Of a stretch of DNA of 64,000 nt, positions 1-11,475 are shown in pieces. Position numbers and translations under genes: made by a program. The notes beneath the pieces were generated by a model. It saw only the letters and a program-made list of their open reading frames with translations. It made no database searches and was not told the origin of the DNA. This DNA comes from Eledone cirrhosa (taxonomy: Eukaryota): positions 100,874,001 to 100,938,000 of the forward strand of contig OZ024746.1 in NCBI GenBank assembly GCA_964016885.1, given 5' to 3'. Positions within the stretch are counted from its first letter, which is position 1, and each line of letters starts with the position of its first letter.

Positions 1-17
1 TCTATCAGCAAACCCCG
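1..17 (+). CDS. Possible 3' end of an upstream exon of the + strand gene (..LSANP)
   Basis: CG|gtaata donor-like site at 18, followed by a short T-rich intron-like stretch. Phase 1 fits the next exon. Truncated by the window edge. Confidence 0.35.
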
Positions 18-81
18 GTAATATTTATTTTGTTGTTGATAAATAAATATATAATTGTTTTTATCTTTAAAGGATGATTAG

Positions 82-159
82 CCACTTTTATACTGAGCAA
101 AACAACAAGAAAAGGAAGCAATATTAATGTTTCAGACAATTTATCATTTGTCAAAATAG
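82..159 (+). CDS. Exon of unidentified + strand gene (ATFILSKTTRKGSNINVSDNLSFVKI)
   Basis: Donor AG|gttaag at 160. Acceptor is either tag| at 79-81 (78 nt, open) or aag| at 70-72 (87 nt, adds an in-frame TGA at 75-77). Phase 1-1. Confidence 0.55.
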
Positions 160-260
160 GTTAAGTAGAAGAAAAAAAGCCTGTTGGAGAAAAATACATA
201 TATTATGTGTAAACAAATGTGTGAAGCTCAAATTTATGAAGTGCTGAAGAAATAAATTTA

Positions 261-580
261 TATCATCATCATCATCGTTTAACATCCATCTTCCACGCTA
301 GCATGGGTTAGATGGTTTTGTTCCATTTGATGCAGGAATGGTCGGGTGACCATGTCTCGCTCGTACGGAAGTGTCTCTGGCAGGTTTTCTACAGCTGAAT
401 GCCCTTCTTAACACCAACTACCTTTACAGTGTGGACTGGGAGCCTTTTTACCATGTCTCCTACATGACTACCTTAAAATGTGGACTGGGTGCTTTTTGTT
501 GTGTCATAGACACAGTGGACAGTAATGTGAGGATGGGGTAGGGTGTGGCGGTGTGGTGTATATTGGGTTAAGAGGTCCCT
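261..580 (-). mobile_element. 3' end/UTR of RTE-type LINE (or derived SINE) with (GAT)n tail
   Basis: (ATC)n followed by gtttaacatccatcttccacgctagcatgggtt and repeated tacagtgtggactggg motifs. Same layout as 51005-51310, which is contiguous with RTE coding remnants. Confidence 0.7.
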
Positions 581-590
581 ACTGACTGTA

Positions 591-739
591 AACTGTAATT
601 ACAATCAGTTGCTATAAAATAGATTATAAGAATAGGGTAAAAACTCCTAGAGATATTACAACCAGTTATAGCTTATGAGATTAGGGTAAAGACCCAACTT
701 TTATAAGCTATTTTATAACAACTGATTGTAATTACAGTT
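591..739. mobile_element. Small MITE/palindromic element with ~38-bp terminal inverted repeats
   Basis: aactgtaattacaatcagttgctataaaatag at the left end versus ctattttataacaactgattgtaattacagtt at the right end. Confidence 0.7.
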
Positions 740-783
740 ATTTTCTGTGCTTAAGCATTTTACATCTTATATGTATTTTAAAG

Positions 784-820
784 TGTGTGCTAAGCAGCCA
801 AAGTATGATAGATTTACTCA
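784..820 (+). CDS. 37-nt exon (VCAKQPKYDRFTQ)
   Basis: ttttaaag| acceptor and CA|gtatgt donor. Phase 1 in and phase 2 out exactly bridge exon 82-159 and exon 10941-11051 without stops. Confidence 0.55.
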
Positions 821-1024
821 GTATGTAGGTATGTAAGCATCCCTGTAAATTGGAAATTGCAAAAAAATGGAATTCTACAGGTATTCACAAATATCCTGAA
901 GCAGTTTCTTGAAGATACCTAGACAATTTTTTTATCCTACTAAGAGGAATAGAGCTGTTTTATATAAACTATTCTTTACTATAATGCCAAAAGTGGCTTT
1001 TCAGAACATGAATGCCAACAAATC

Positions 1025-1302
1025 TGAGTGGAAGGAAGCTGCAGTAGAGGGAGACCAAGGAAGATTTGGACAGAGGTTGTGATTACTGAGCTCAAATCAT
1101 TGAAGCTCACTGTGTTGGAAAAACCAATCCAACTCATGCAAGCATGGAAAAGCAGATGTAAAATGATAAGTGAGAATAAACCTGCAGATAGTCCTATACG
1201 AGCGAGACACGGTCACGCGACCAATCTTACCTCAAATGGGACAATTCCTGTCTAACCCATGCTAGTGTGGAAGATAGACGTTAAACGATGATGATGATGA
1301 TA
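1025..1302 (+). mobile_element. Decayed RTE LINE 3' fragments ending in (GAT)n
   Basis: Translation GSCSRGRPRKIWTEVV..LKSLKLT matches the RTE C-terminal GRPRKTW motif also seen at 50250. The tail is aacccatgctagtgtggaagatagacgttaaacgatgatgatgat. Confidence 0.75.
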
Positions 1303-1582
1303 TTCACTGGAATCAGTGGCAACATTTTAATCTCATGATTTTGACCTGAAACCAAAATTGAAAACCAATTTCATTGGAGAGCATGGTTAGTGTAAGAGGA
1401 CATAATATGATGATGATGATGACAATGTGGTACAACTCCAAAGACTCATGAACAGTTTCACAACTGCAACAATATACTTAATCCCTCAGCATGGTCATTT
1501 TTAAATGAGGCATTTAACTTTTTAAGTCAGTTACATAGAGACAAGTATTGAAGACTTTAAAACCATGAATATTAGATATATC

Positions 1583-4500
1583 ACCTTACAGTTGTAGAGG
1601 TGTGTGACCTACCTTACAGTTGTAGAGGTGTGTGACCTACCTTACAGTTGTAGAGGTGTGTGACCTACCTTACAGTTGTAGAGGTGTGTGACCTACCTTA
1701 CAGTTGTAGAGGTGTGTGACCTACCTTACAGTTGTAGAGGTGTGTGACCTACCTAACAGTTGTAGAGGTATGTGACCTACCTTACAGTTGTAGAGGTGTG
1801 TGACCTACCTTAGAGTTGTAGAGGTGTGTGACCTACCTTACAGTTGTAGAGGTGTGTGACCTACCTTACAGTTGTAGAGGTGTGTGACCTACCTTAGAGT
1901 TGTAGAGGTATGTGACCTACCTTACAGTTGTAGAGGTGTGTGACCTACCTTACAGTTGTAGAGGTGTGTGACCTACCTTAGAGTTGTAGAGGTGTGTGAC
2001 CTACCTTACAGTTGTAGAGGTGTGTGACCTACCTTACAGTTGTAGAGGTGTGTGACCTACCTTACAGTTGTAGAGGTGTGTGACCTACCTTACAGTTGTA
2101 GAGGTATGTGACCTACCTTACAGTTGTAGAGGTGTGTGACCTACCTTACAGTTGTAGAGGTGTGTGACCTACCTTACAGTTGTAGAGGTGTGTGACCTAC
2201 CTTAGAGTTGTAGAGGTATGTGACCTACCTTACAGTTGTAGAGGTGTGTGACCTACCTTACAGTTGTAGAGGTGTGTGACCTACCTTAGAGTTGTAGAGG
2301 TATGTGACCTACCTTACAGTTGTAGAGGTGTGTGACCTACCTTACAGTTGTAGAGGTGTGTGACCTACCTTACAGTTGTAGAGGTGTGTGACCTACCTTA
2401 CAGTTGTAGAGATATGTAACCTACCTTACAGTTGTAGAGGTGTGTGACCTACCTTACAGTTGTAGAGGTGTGTGACCTACCTTACAGTTGTAGAGGTATG
2501 TGACCTACCTTACAGTTGTAGAGGTGTGACCTACCTTAGAGTTGTAGAGGTGTGACCTACCTTACAGTTGTAGAGGTGTGTGACCTACCTTACAGTTGTA
2601 GAGGTGTGTGACCTACCTTACAGTTGTAAAGGTGTGACCTACCTTACAGTTGTAGAGGTTGTGACCTACCTTACAGTTGTAGAGGTGTGTGACCTACCTT
2701 ACAGTTGTAGAGGTATGTGACCTACCTTACAGTTGTAGAGGTGTGTGACCTACCTTACAGTTGTAGAGGTGTGTGACCTACCTTACAGTTGTAGAGGTGT
2801 GTGACCTACATTAGAGTTGTAGAGGTGTGGCCTACCTTACAGTTGTAGAGGTGTGTGACCTACTTTACAATTGTAGAGGTATGTGACCTACCTTACAGTT
2901 GTAGAGGTGTGACCTACCTTACAGTTGTAGGGGTGTGACCTACCTTACAGTTGTAGAGGTTGTGACCTACCTTACAGTTGTAGAGGTGTGTGACCTACCT
3001 TACAGTTGTAGAGGTATATGACCTACTTTACAATTGTAGAGGTATGTGACCTACCTTACAGTTGTAGAGGTGTGACCTACCTTACAGTTGTAGAGGTGTG
3101 ACCTACCTCAGTTGTAGAGGTGTGTGACCTACCTTACAGTTGTAGAGGTGTGACCTACCTTACAGTTGTAGAGGTGTGACCTACCTTACAGTTGTAGAGG
3201 TGCGTGACCTACTTTACAATTGTACAGGTATCTGACCTACCTTACAGTTGTAGAGGTGTGACCTACCTTACAGTTGTAGAGGTGTGACCTACCTCAGTTG
3301 TAGAGGTATGTGACCTACCTTACAGTTGTAGAGGTGTGACCTACCTTACAGTTGTAGAGGTGTGACCTACTTTACAATTGTACAGGTATCTGACCTACCT
3401 TACAGTTGTAGAGGTGTGACCTACGTTACAGCTGTAGAGGTGTGACCTACCTTACAGTTGTAGAGATGTGTGACCTACCTTACAGTTGTAGAGGTGTGAC
3501 CTACCTTACAGTTGTAGAGGTATGTGACCTACTTTACAATTGTAGAGGTATCTGACCTACCTTACAGTTGTAGAGGTGTGACCTACCTCAGTTGTAGAGG
3601 TGTGTGACCTACCTTACAGTTGTAGAGGTGTGGCCTACCTTAGAGTTGTAGAGGTGTGACCTACCTTACAGTTGTAGAGGTATGTGACCTACTTTACAAT
3701 TGTAGAGGTATGTGACCTACCTTACAGTTGTAGAGGTGTGACCTACCTTACAGTTGTAGAGGTGTGACCTACCTTAGTTGTAGAGGTGTGACCTACCTTA
3801 CATTTGTAGAGGTGTGACATACCTTACAGTTGTAGAGGTGTGACCTACCTTACAGTTGTAGAGATATGTGACCTACCTTACAGTTGTAGAGATCTGTGAC
3901 CTACCTTACAGCTGTAGTGGTGTGACCTACCTTACAGTTGTAGAGGTGTGACCTACCTTACAGCTGTAGTGGTGTGACCTACCTTACAGTTGTAGAGGTG
4001 TGACCTACCTTACAGTTGTAGAGGTGACCTACCTTACAGCTGTAGAGGTGTGACCTACCTTACAGTTGTAGAGGTGTGACCTACCTTACAGCTGTAGAGG
4101 TGACCTACCTTACAGCTGTAGAGGTGTGACCTACCTTACAGTTGTAGAGGTGTCACCTACCTTACAGTTGTAGAGGTGTGTGACCTACCTTACAGTTGTA
4201 GAGGTGTGACCTACCTTACAGCTGTAGAGGTGTGTGACCTACCTTACAGTTGTAGAGGTGTGACCTACCTTACAGCTGTAGTGGTGTGACCTACCTTACA
4301 GTTGTAGAGGTGTGACCTACCTTACAGTTGTAGAGGTGTGACCTACCTTACAGTTGTAGAGGTGTGACCTACCTTACAGTTGTAGAGGTGTGTGACCTAC
4401 CTTACAGTTGTAGAGATGTGACCTACCTTACAGCTGTAGAGGTGACCTACCTTACAGCTGTAGAGGTGTGACCTACCTTACAGTTGTAGAGGTGTGACAT

Positions 4501-7083
4501 ACCTTACAGTTGTAGAGGTGACCTACCTTACAGTTGTAGAGGTGTGACCTACCTTACAGTTGTAGAGGTGTGACCTACCTTACAGTTGTAGAGGTGTGAC
4601 CTACCTTACAGTTGTAGAGGTGTGACCTACCTTACAGTTGTAGAGGTGTGTGACCTACCTTACAGTTGTAGAGGTGTGACCTACCTTACAGCTGTAGAGG
4701 TGTGTGACCTACCTTACAGTTGTAGAGGTATGTGACCTACTTTACAATTGTACAGGTATCTGACCTAGCTTACAGTTGTAGAGGTGTGACCTACCTCAGT
4801 TGTAGAGGTGTGTGACCTACCTTACATTTGTAGATGTGTGGCCTACCTTACAGTTGTAGAGGTGTGACCTACCTTACAGTTGTAGAGGTGTGACCTACCT
4901 TACAGTTGTAGAGGTATGTGACCTACTTTACAATTGTAGAGGTATGTGACCTACCTTACAGTTGTAGAGGTGTGACCTACCTTACAGTTGTAGAGGTATG
5001 TGACCTACCTTACAGTTGTAGAGGTGTGACCTACCTTACAGTTGTAGAGGTATGTGACCTACCTTACAGTTGTAGAGGTGTGAGCTACCTTAGTTGTAGA
5101 GGTGTGACCTATCTTACAGTTGTAGAGGTATGTGACCTACTTTACAATTGTAGAGGTATGTGACCTACCTTACAGTTGTAGAGGTGTGACCTACCTTACA
5201 GTTGTAGAGGTGTGACCTACCTTACAGTTGTAGAGGTATGTGACCTACTTTACAATTGTAGAGGTATGTGACCTACCTTACAGTTGTAGAGGTGTGACCT
5301 ACCTTACAGTTGTAGAGGTATGTGACCTACTTTACAATTGTAGAGGTATGTGACCTACCTTACAGTTGTAGAGGTGTGACCTACCTTACAGTTGTAGAGG
5401 TATGTGACCTACCTTACAGTTGTAGAGGTGTGACCTACCTTAGTTGTAGAGGTGTGACCTACCTTACATTTGTAGAGGTGTGACCTACCTTACAGTTGTA
5501 GAGGTATGTGACCCACTTTACAATTGTAGAGGTATGTGACCTACCTTACAGTTGTAGAGGTATGTGACCTACTTTACAATTGTAGAGGTATGTGACCTAC
5601 CTTACAGTTGTAGAGGTGTGACCTACCTTACAGTTGTAGAGGTGTGACCTACCTTACAGTTGTAGAGATATGTGACCTACCTTACAGTTGTAGAGATGTG
5701 ACCTACCTTACAGCTGTAGTGGTGTGACCTACCTTACAGTTGTAGAGGTATGTGACCTACCTTACAGTTGTAGAGGTGTGACCTACCTTACAGTTGTAGA
5801 GGTGTGACCTACCTTACAGTTGTAGAGGTGTGACCTACCTTACAGTTGTAGAGGTGTGTGACCTACCTTACAGTTGTAGAGATGTGACCTACCTTACAGC
5901 TGTAGAGGTGACCTACCTTACAGCTGTAGAGGTGTGACCTACCTTACAGTTGTAGAGGTGTGACCTACCTTACAGCTGTAGAGGTGTGACCTACGTTACA
6001 GCTGTAGAGGTGTGACCTACGTTACAGTTGTAGAGGTGTGACCTACCTTACAGTTGTAGAGGTGTGACCTACCTTACAGTTGTAGAGATGTGACTTACCT
6101 TACAGCTGTAGAGGTGACCTACCTTACAGCTGTAGAGGTGTGACATACCTTACAGTTGTAGAGGTGTGACCTACCTTACAGTTGTAGAGGTGTGACCTAC
6201 CTTACAGTTGTAGAGGTGTGACCTACCTTACAGTTGTAGAGGTGTGTGACCTACCTTACAGTTGTAGAGATGTGTGACCTACCTTACAGCTGTAGAGGTG
6301 TAACCTAACTTAGAGTTGTAGAGGTGTGACCTACCTTACAGTTGTAGGGGTGTGACCTACGTTACAGCTGTAGAGGTGTGACCTACCTTACAGCTGTAGA
6401 GGTGTGACCTACGTTACAGCTGTAGAGGTGTGACCTACGTTACAGCTGTAGAGGTGTGACCTACGTTACAGTTGTAGAGGTGTGTGACCTACCTTACAGT
6501 TGTAGAGGTGTGTGACCTACCTTACAATTGTAGTGTGTGACCTACCTTAGAGTTGTAGAGGTGTGACCTACCTTACAGTTGTAGGGGTGTGACCTACCTT
6601 ACAGTTGTAGAGGTGTGACCTACCTTACAGTTGTAGGGGTGTGACCTACGTTACAGCTGTAGAGGTGTGACCTACGTTACAGCTGTAGAGGTGTGACCTA
6701 CGTTACAGCTGTAGAGGTGTGACCTACCTTACAGTTGTAGAGGTGTGTGACCTACTTTACAGTTGTAGAGATGTGGCCTACCTTACAGTTGTAGAGGTGT
6801 GTGACCTACCTTACAGTTGTAGAGGTGTGACCTACCTTACAGTTGTAGAGGTGAGTCCTACCTTACAGTTGTAGAGGTGTGACCTACCTTACAGTTGTAG
6901 AGGTGTGACCTACCTTACAGTTGTAGAGGTGAGTCCTACCTTACAGTTGTAGAGGTGTGACCTACCTTACAGTTGTAGAGGTGAGTCCTACCTTAGTTGT
7001 AGAGGTGTGACCTACCTTACAGTTGTAGAGATGTGACCTAGTAGTTAGATATATCACCTTACAGTTGTAGAAGTGTGTGACCT
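1583..7083. repeat. Tandem array, 28/26/24-bp monomer ACCTTACAGTTGTAGAGGT(GT)nGACCT, ~200 copies
   Basis: Directly visible. Period is 28 at the left (1583 to 1611), with 26- and 24-bp (GT)-slippage variants dominating after ~2520. Confidence 0.98.
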
Positions 7084-7147
7084 GGTGGTCAGAACATTCA
7101 AATCACAATTACAAGGTTATGGGTTCAATTCCTGTATTGGGCAGCAT
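7066..7147 (+). mobile_element. tRNA-derived SINE head
   Basis: A-box-like tgacctggtgg at 7078-7088 and B-box ggttcaattcc at ~7122-7132, with Pol III type-2 spacing. Confidence 0.65.
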
Positions 7148-7177
7148 ATTCTTTTGACTTCAATTTAACATTGATTT

Positions 7178-7327
7178 TCATGAGAGGAGTAGGGCTCTTC
7201 AAAGTGCAAACCGAAAATGTTTGTCCTTGTGATTTGTTGATTGTCATGTCAAAACTAAGACTCACTGGAAATTAAAGTCATTTGAACTGAAATGGGACAT
7301 CAGTGGGCATCGAAGGAATTCTTGAAA
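7178..7327 (-). mobile_element. Helitron PIF1-like helicase C-terminal remnant
   Basis: Minus-strand translation SRIPSMPTDVPFQFK*L*FPVSLSFDMTINKSQGQTFSVC, then EEPYSSH after a frameshift. This matches the Helitron helicase signature PFxFKRLQFPVxLxFAMTINKSQGQ..PCFSHG. Two stops. Confidence 0.85.
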
Positions 7328-7453
7328 CACATCCTTTCTACTTCCATATCCAGCACTATATATATAATTTAATTTTAGGTTTAATCAATACATATAAGAT
7401 ATATATAGATAATATTTCTCAGAAAAAGCTTAAACTCTTGTTTAGAGCATCCA

Positions 7454-8352
7454 TAATATAAAATAATGTTAAACGATATATAGATATATATCAATTCAGA
7501 AACTAACCAGGCTTAAATACATACATATAGAAAGAAATATTTAACTTAAATCTGCTCCAAACAAGCAAGTCTATACAATCGATTTTTAAGTCTCTCATAG
7601 GGTTACCCCCTTGATAATGGGTTCTTAAACCCGAAAATATTTGAGATTGTTAAATTTGTTAAGGTAAGATTCTTTTATTATCGTGGTAATTTAACATTCT
7701 TCATACGCATTGTTAGGTTTTCAAAATTTAAATTTGTGTTTCTTATTCAACAATGCTTCAAGCAAGCTACAAAAGAAAGAAATATATTTTAAAGTGTTAA
7801 ATAAAAAAACATTACTCACATAAGGATTAAGTTATATTTAAATGGCTGAACTTCCAAATATGACCATCCAATCGTAGAATATATTTCTATATATATATTA
7901 CGTTATAATTTACATCACGTGGAAAATATTTATTTAAATATCTTCCCCAGAGGGTTGAGACTAGGCTTTTAATAGAGTGCGAGATATATATGTATTTTAG
8001 TAAAGACTTAAACATAATGACGAATGGAACCATGGTCTTAGTTGAGGTTTCACCTTAATCAATGGTTGGTGATCAACACTAATCATTGTAATCAATGGTA
8101 AATTATCAGTTTTCTTTGCTCTTCAGAAAGCGATCTGTCTATGATTGGATGGTCATATGTGGAAGTTCAGCCATTTAAATATTAACTTATGTGAGTAATG
8201 TTATTTAACTCCAGAAATAGCCATCGAAGCGGCTTGAGCTCTGCCGTCGGGGTCATACTTTTTCCTATATATATATATATATATGTATTAAAACCTGGTT
8301 AGTTTGTCAATTGATATATATCTATATATCGTTTAACATTATTTTATATTAT
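7454..8352. mobile_element. Foldback/MITE-like element with nested inverted repeats
   Basis: Outer arms ~7454-7530 and ~8265-8352 (aatgttaaacgatatatagatatatatcaatt..aaactaaccagg and its reverse complement). Inner arms ~7808-7878 and ~8138-8202 (aacattactcacataag..atttaaatggctgaacttcca..atgaccatccaatc and its reverse complement). Confidence 0.75.
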
Positions 8353-10893
8353 ATATATATATATACATGGGGAGGGGGTTTACAGCACTCTATATTTATA
8401 CATATATATGTGGGGGGAGGAGTTACAGCATTATATATACATATATGGGGGGGAGGAGCAGTTACAGCATTATATAGATGGGGAAGGAGTCACAGCACTA
8501 TCTTTATCCATATATATGTGGGGGAGGAGACAGCACTATACATATATATGTGTGGGGGTGGAGTCACAGCACTATACATATATATGTGTGGGGGAGGAGT
8601 CACAGCACTCTATACATATATAGGAGTGGGGGGGGAGTCACAGCACTCTATACATATATAGGAGTGGGGGAGGAGTCACAGCACTATACATATATAGGAG
8701 TGGGGGAGGAGTCACAGCGATCTATCTATACATATATAGGAGTGGGGGAGGAGTCACAGCACTATACATATATAGGAGTGGGGAGGAGTCACAGCATTCT
8801 ATACATATATATGTGTGGGGGAGGAGTCACAGCACTCTATACATATATAGGAGTCACAGCACTATACATGTGTGGGGGAGGAGTCACAGCACTCTATACA
8901 TATATAGGAGTGGGAGAGGAGTCACAGCACTCTATACATATATAGGAGTGGGGGGGAGTCACAGCACTCTATACATATATAGGAGTGGGGGAGGAGTCAC
9001 AGCACTATACATATATAGGAGTGGGGAGGAGTCACAGCACTCTATACATATATAGGAGTGGGAGAGGAGTCACAGCACTCTATACATATATAGGAGTGGG
9101 AGAGGAGTCACAGCACTCTATACATATATAGGAGTGGGAGAGGAGTCACAGCATTCTATACATATATAGGAGTGGGAGAGGAGTCACAGCACTCTATACA
9201 TATATAGGAGTGGGAGAGGAGTCACAGCACTCTATACATATATAGGAGTGGGAGAGGAGTCACAGCACTCTATACATATATAGGAGTGGGAGAGGAGTCA
9301 CAGCACTCTATACATATATAGGAGTGGGAGAGGAGTCACAGCACTCTATACATATATAGGAGTGGGGGGGAGTCACAGCACTCTATACATATATAGGAGT
9401 GGGGGAGGAGTCACAGCACTATACATATATAGGAGTGGGGAGGAGTCACAGCATTCTATACATATATATGTGTGGGGGAGGAGTCATAGTACTCCATACA
9501 TATATAGGAGTGGGGGAGGAGTCACGGCACTCTATACATATATAGGAGTGGGAGAGGTGTCACATCACTATACATATATAGGAGTGGGGAGGAGTCACAG
9601 CACTCTATACATATATAGGAGTGCTGGAGGAGTCACAGCACTCTATACATATATAGGAGTGCTGGAGGAGTCAGCACTATACATATATATGTGTGGGGGG
9701 GGAGTCACCACTCTATACATATATAGGAGTGGGGGAGGAGTCACAGCACTCTACTCTACATATATAGGAGTGGGGGAGGTGTCACAGCACTACATATATA
9801 GGAGTGGGAGAGGAGTCACATCACTATACATATATAGAAGTGGGGGAGGAGTCACAGCACTCTATACATATATAGGAGTGGGGGAGGAGTCACAGCACTC
9901 TATACATATATAGGAGTGGGGGAGGAGTCACAGCACTCTATACATATATAGGAGGGGGGAGGAGTCACAGCACTCTATACATATATAGGAGTGGGGGAGA
10001 AGTCACAGCACTCTATCTATACATATATAGGAGTGGGGGAGGAGTCACAGCACTCTATACATATATAGGAGTGGGGGAGGAGTCACAGCGCTCTATCTAT
10101 ACATATATAGGAGGGGGAGGAGTCACAGCGCTCTATACATATATATGAGTGGGGGGGGAGTCACAGCGCTCTATCTATACATATATAGGAGTGGGGGAGG
10201 TGTCACAGCGCTCTATCTATACATATATAGGAGTGGGGGAGGAGTCACAGCGCTCTATCTATACATATATAGGCGTGGGTGGAGTCACAGCGCTCTATCT
10301 ATACATATATAGGAGTGGGGAGGAGTCACAGCGCTCTATCTATACATATATAGGAGTGGGGGAGGAGTCACAGCGCTCTATCTATACATATATAGGAGGG
10401 GGAGGAGTCAGCGCTCTATCTATACATATATAGGAGTGGGGGAGGAGTCACAGCGCTCTATCTATACATATATAGGAGGGGGAGGAGTCAGCGCTCTATC
10501 TATACATATATAGGAGTGGGGGAGGAGTCACAGCACTCTATTTATACATATATGAGTGGGGGAGGAGTCACAGCACTCTATCTATACATATATAGGAGTG
10601 GGGGAGGAGTCACAGCGCTCTATACATATATATGAGTGGGGGGGGAGTCACAGCGCTCTATCTATACATATATAGGAGTGGGGGAGGTGTCACAGCGCTC
10701 TATCTATACATATATAGGAGTGGGGGAGGAGTCACAGCGCTCTATCTATACATATATAGGAGTGGGGGGAGGAGTCACAGCACTCTATCTATACATATAT
10801 AGGAGTGGGGGAGGAGTCACAGCGCTCTATCTATACATATATAGGAGTGGGGGGAGGAGCCACAGCACTATACATATATAGGAGTGGGGGAGA
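8352..10893. repeat. G-rich minisatellite, ~38-42-bp unit GGAGTGGGGGAGGAGTCACAGCACTCTA(TCTA)TACATATATA
   Basis: Directly visible. Degenerate at the left, with a TCTA-insertion variant after ~10010. Confidence 0.97.
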
Positions 10894-10940
10894 GTATTCA
10901 TTACATTTATATTTCATTTTAATTTTGTTTCTATTTCTAG

Positions 10941-11051
10941 AATCCTGGTTATCAAACGCTCACCAGTTGTAAACATTTGCAATCAAAGCATCATTGTCCC
11001 TTTAATACAACAACCTGGAAATATAACTGGTACATTTACTATTATGTTCAG
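10941..11051 (+). CDS. Exon (ILVIKRSPVVNICNQSIIVPLIQQPGNITGTFTIMF)
   Basis: Strong acceptor ttttgtttctatttctag| and consensus donor CAG|gtaagt. 111 nt, open in phase 2-2. Confidence 0.8.
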
Positions 11052-11394
11052 GTAAGTTATGATAATTCATGTTTAGAAAAAATATATCTTTTTATTCTAT
11101 TTAACCCCTTTGACACCAAACTGCCCCTCTATGATAAAAACTGTTTTAAAATATTTATATTTACCTAAATACCTTCTATTATAATGTAAGAACCTTTACG
11201 TTATTTTATTAAATTCCTCAAAGTTATTGATTATTTTCAAAATCATTTTCAAATCACAGATAATGTCTTCATTATAAATAAAAGAATAAGAATCAAGTTT
11301 GTATTCTTGTCCAGCTACCTGTGGTAATTATGGTTAATGTCCTGATTGAAATTCTTCTCGATGATGATGATGTGTAAACTTAAAATAGTATACA

Positions 11395-11475
11395 GTAGTT
11401 GATGGAACAACATAAAGTACCAGTAATGTACTGGGTAATTGCTGGCCTTGTGCCAAAAGTAGAAACAATTATTTA
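11395..11475 (+). mobile_element. SINE 3' fragment
   Basis: ataaagtaccagt..tactggg..ttgctggccttgtgccaaaa..gaaacaatt, similar to the aaagtagcagtgaagtattg segment at ~56890. Confidence 0.4.

Noticed and set aside
7066-7147. Possible tRNA gene
   Set aside because: It has A/B-box-like motifs but no intact cloverleaf stems, so it is better explained as a SINE head.
4918-10881. Short ORFs within the 28/26-bp and G-rich arrays
   Set aside because: They are translations of tandem repeats with frequent frameshifts.
10977-11168. ORF-track frame through exon 10941-11051 (..CPFNTTTWKYNWYIYYYVQ)
   Set aside because: Phase 0 is open within the exon but hits TGA at the first codon of the next exon and further stops downstream. 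The phase-2 reading is the one that chains.
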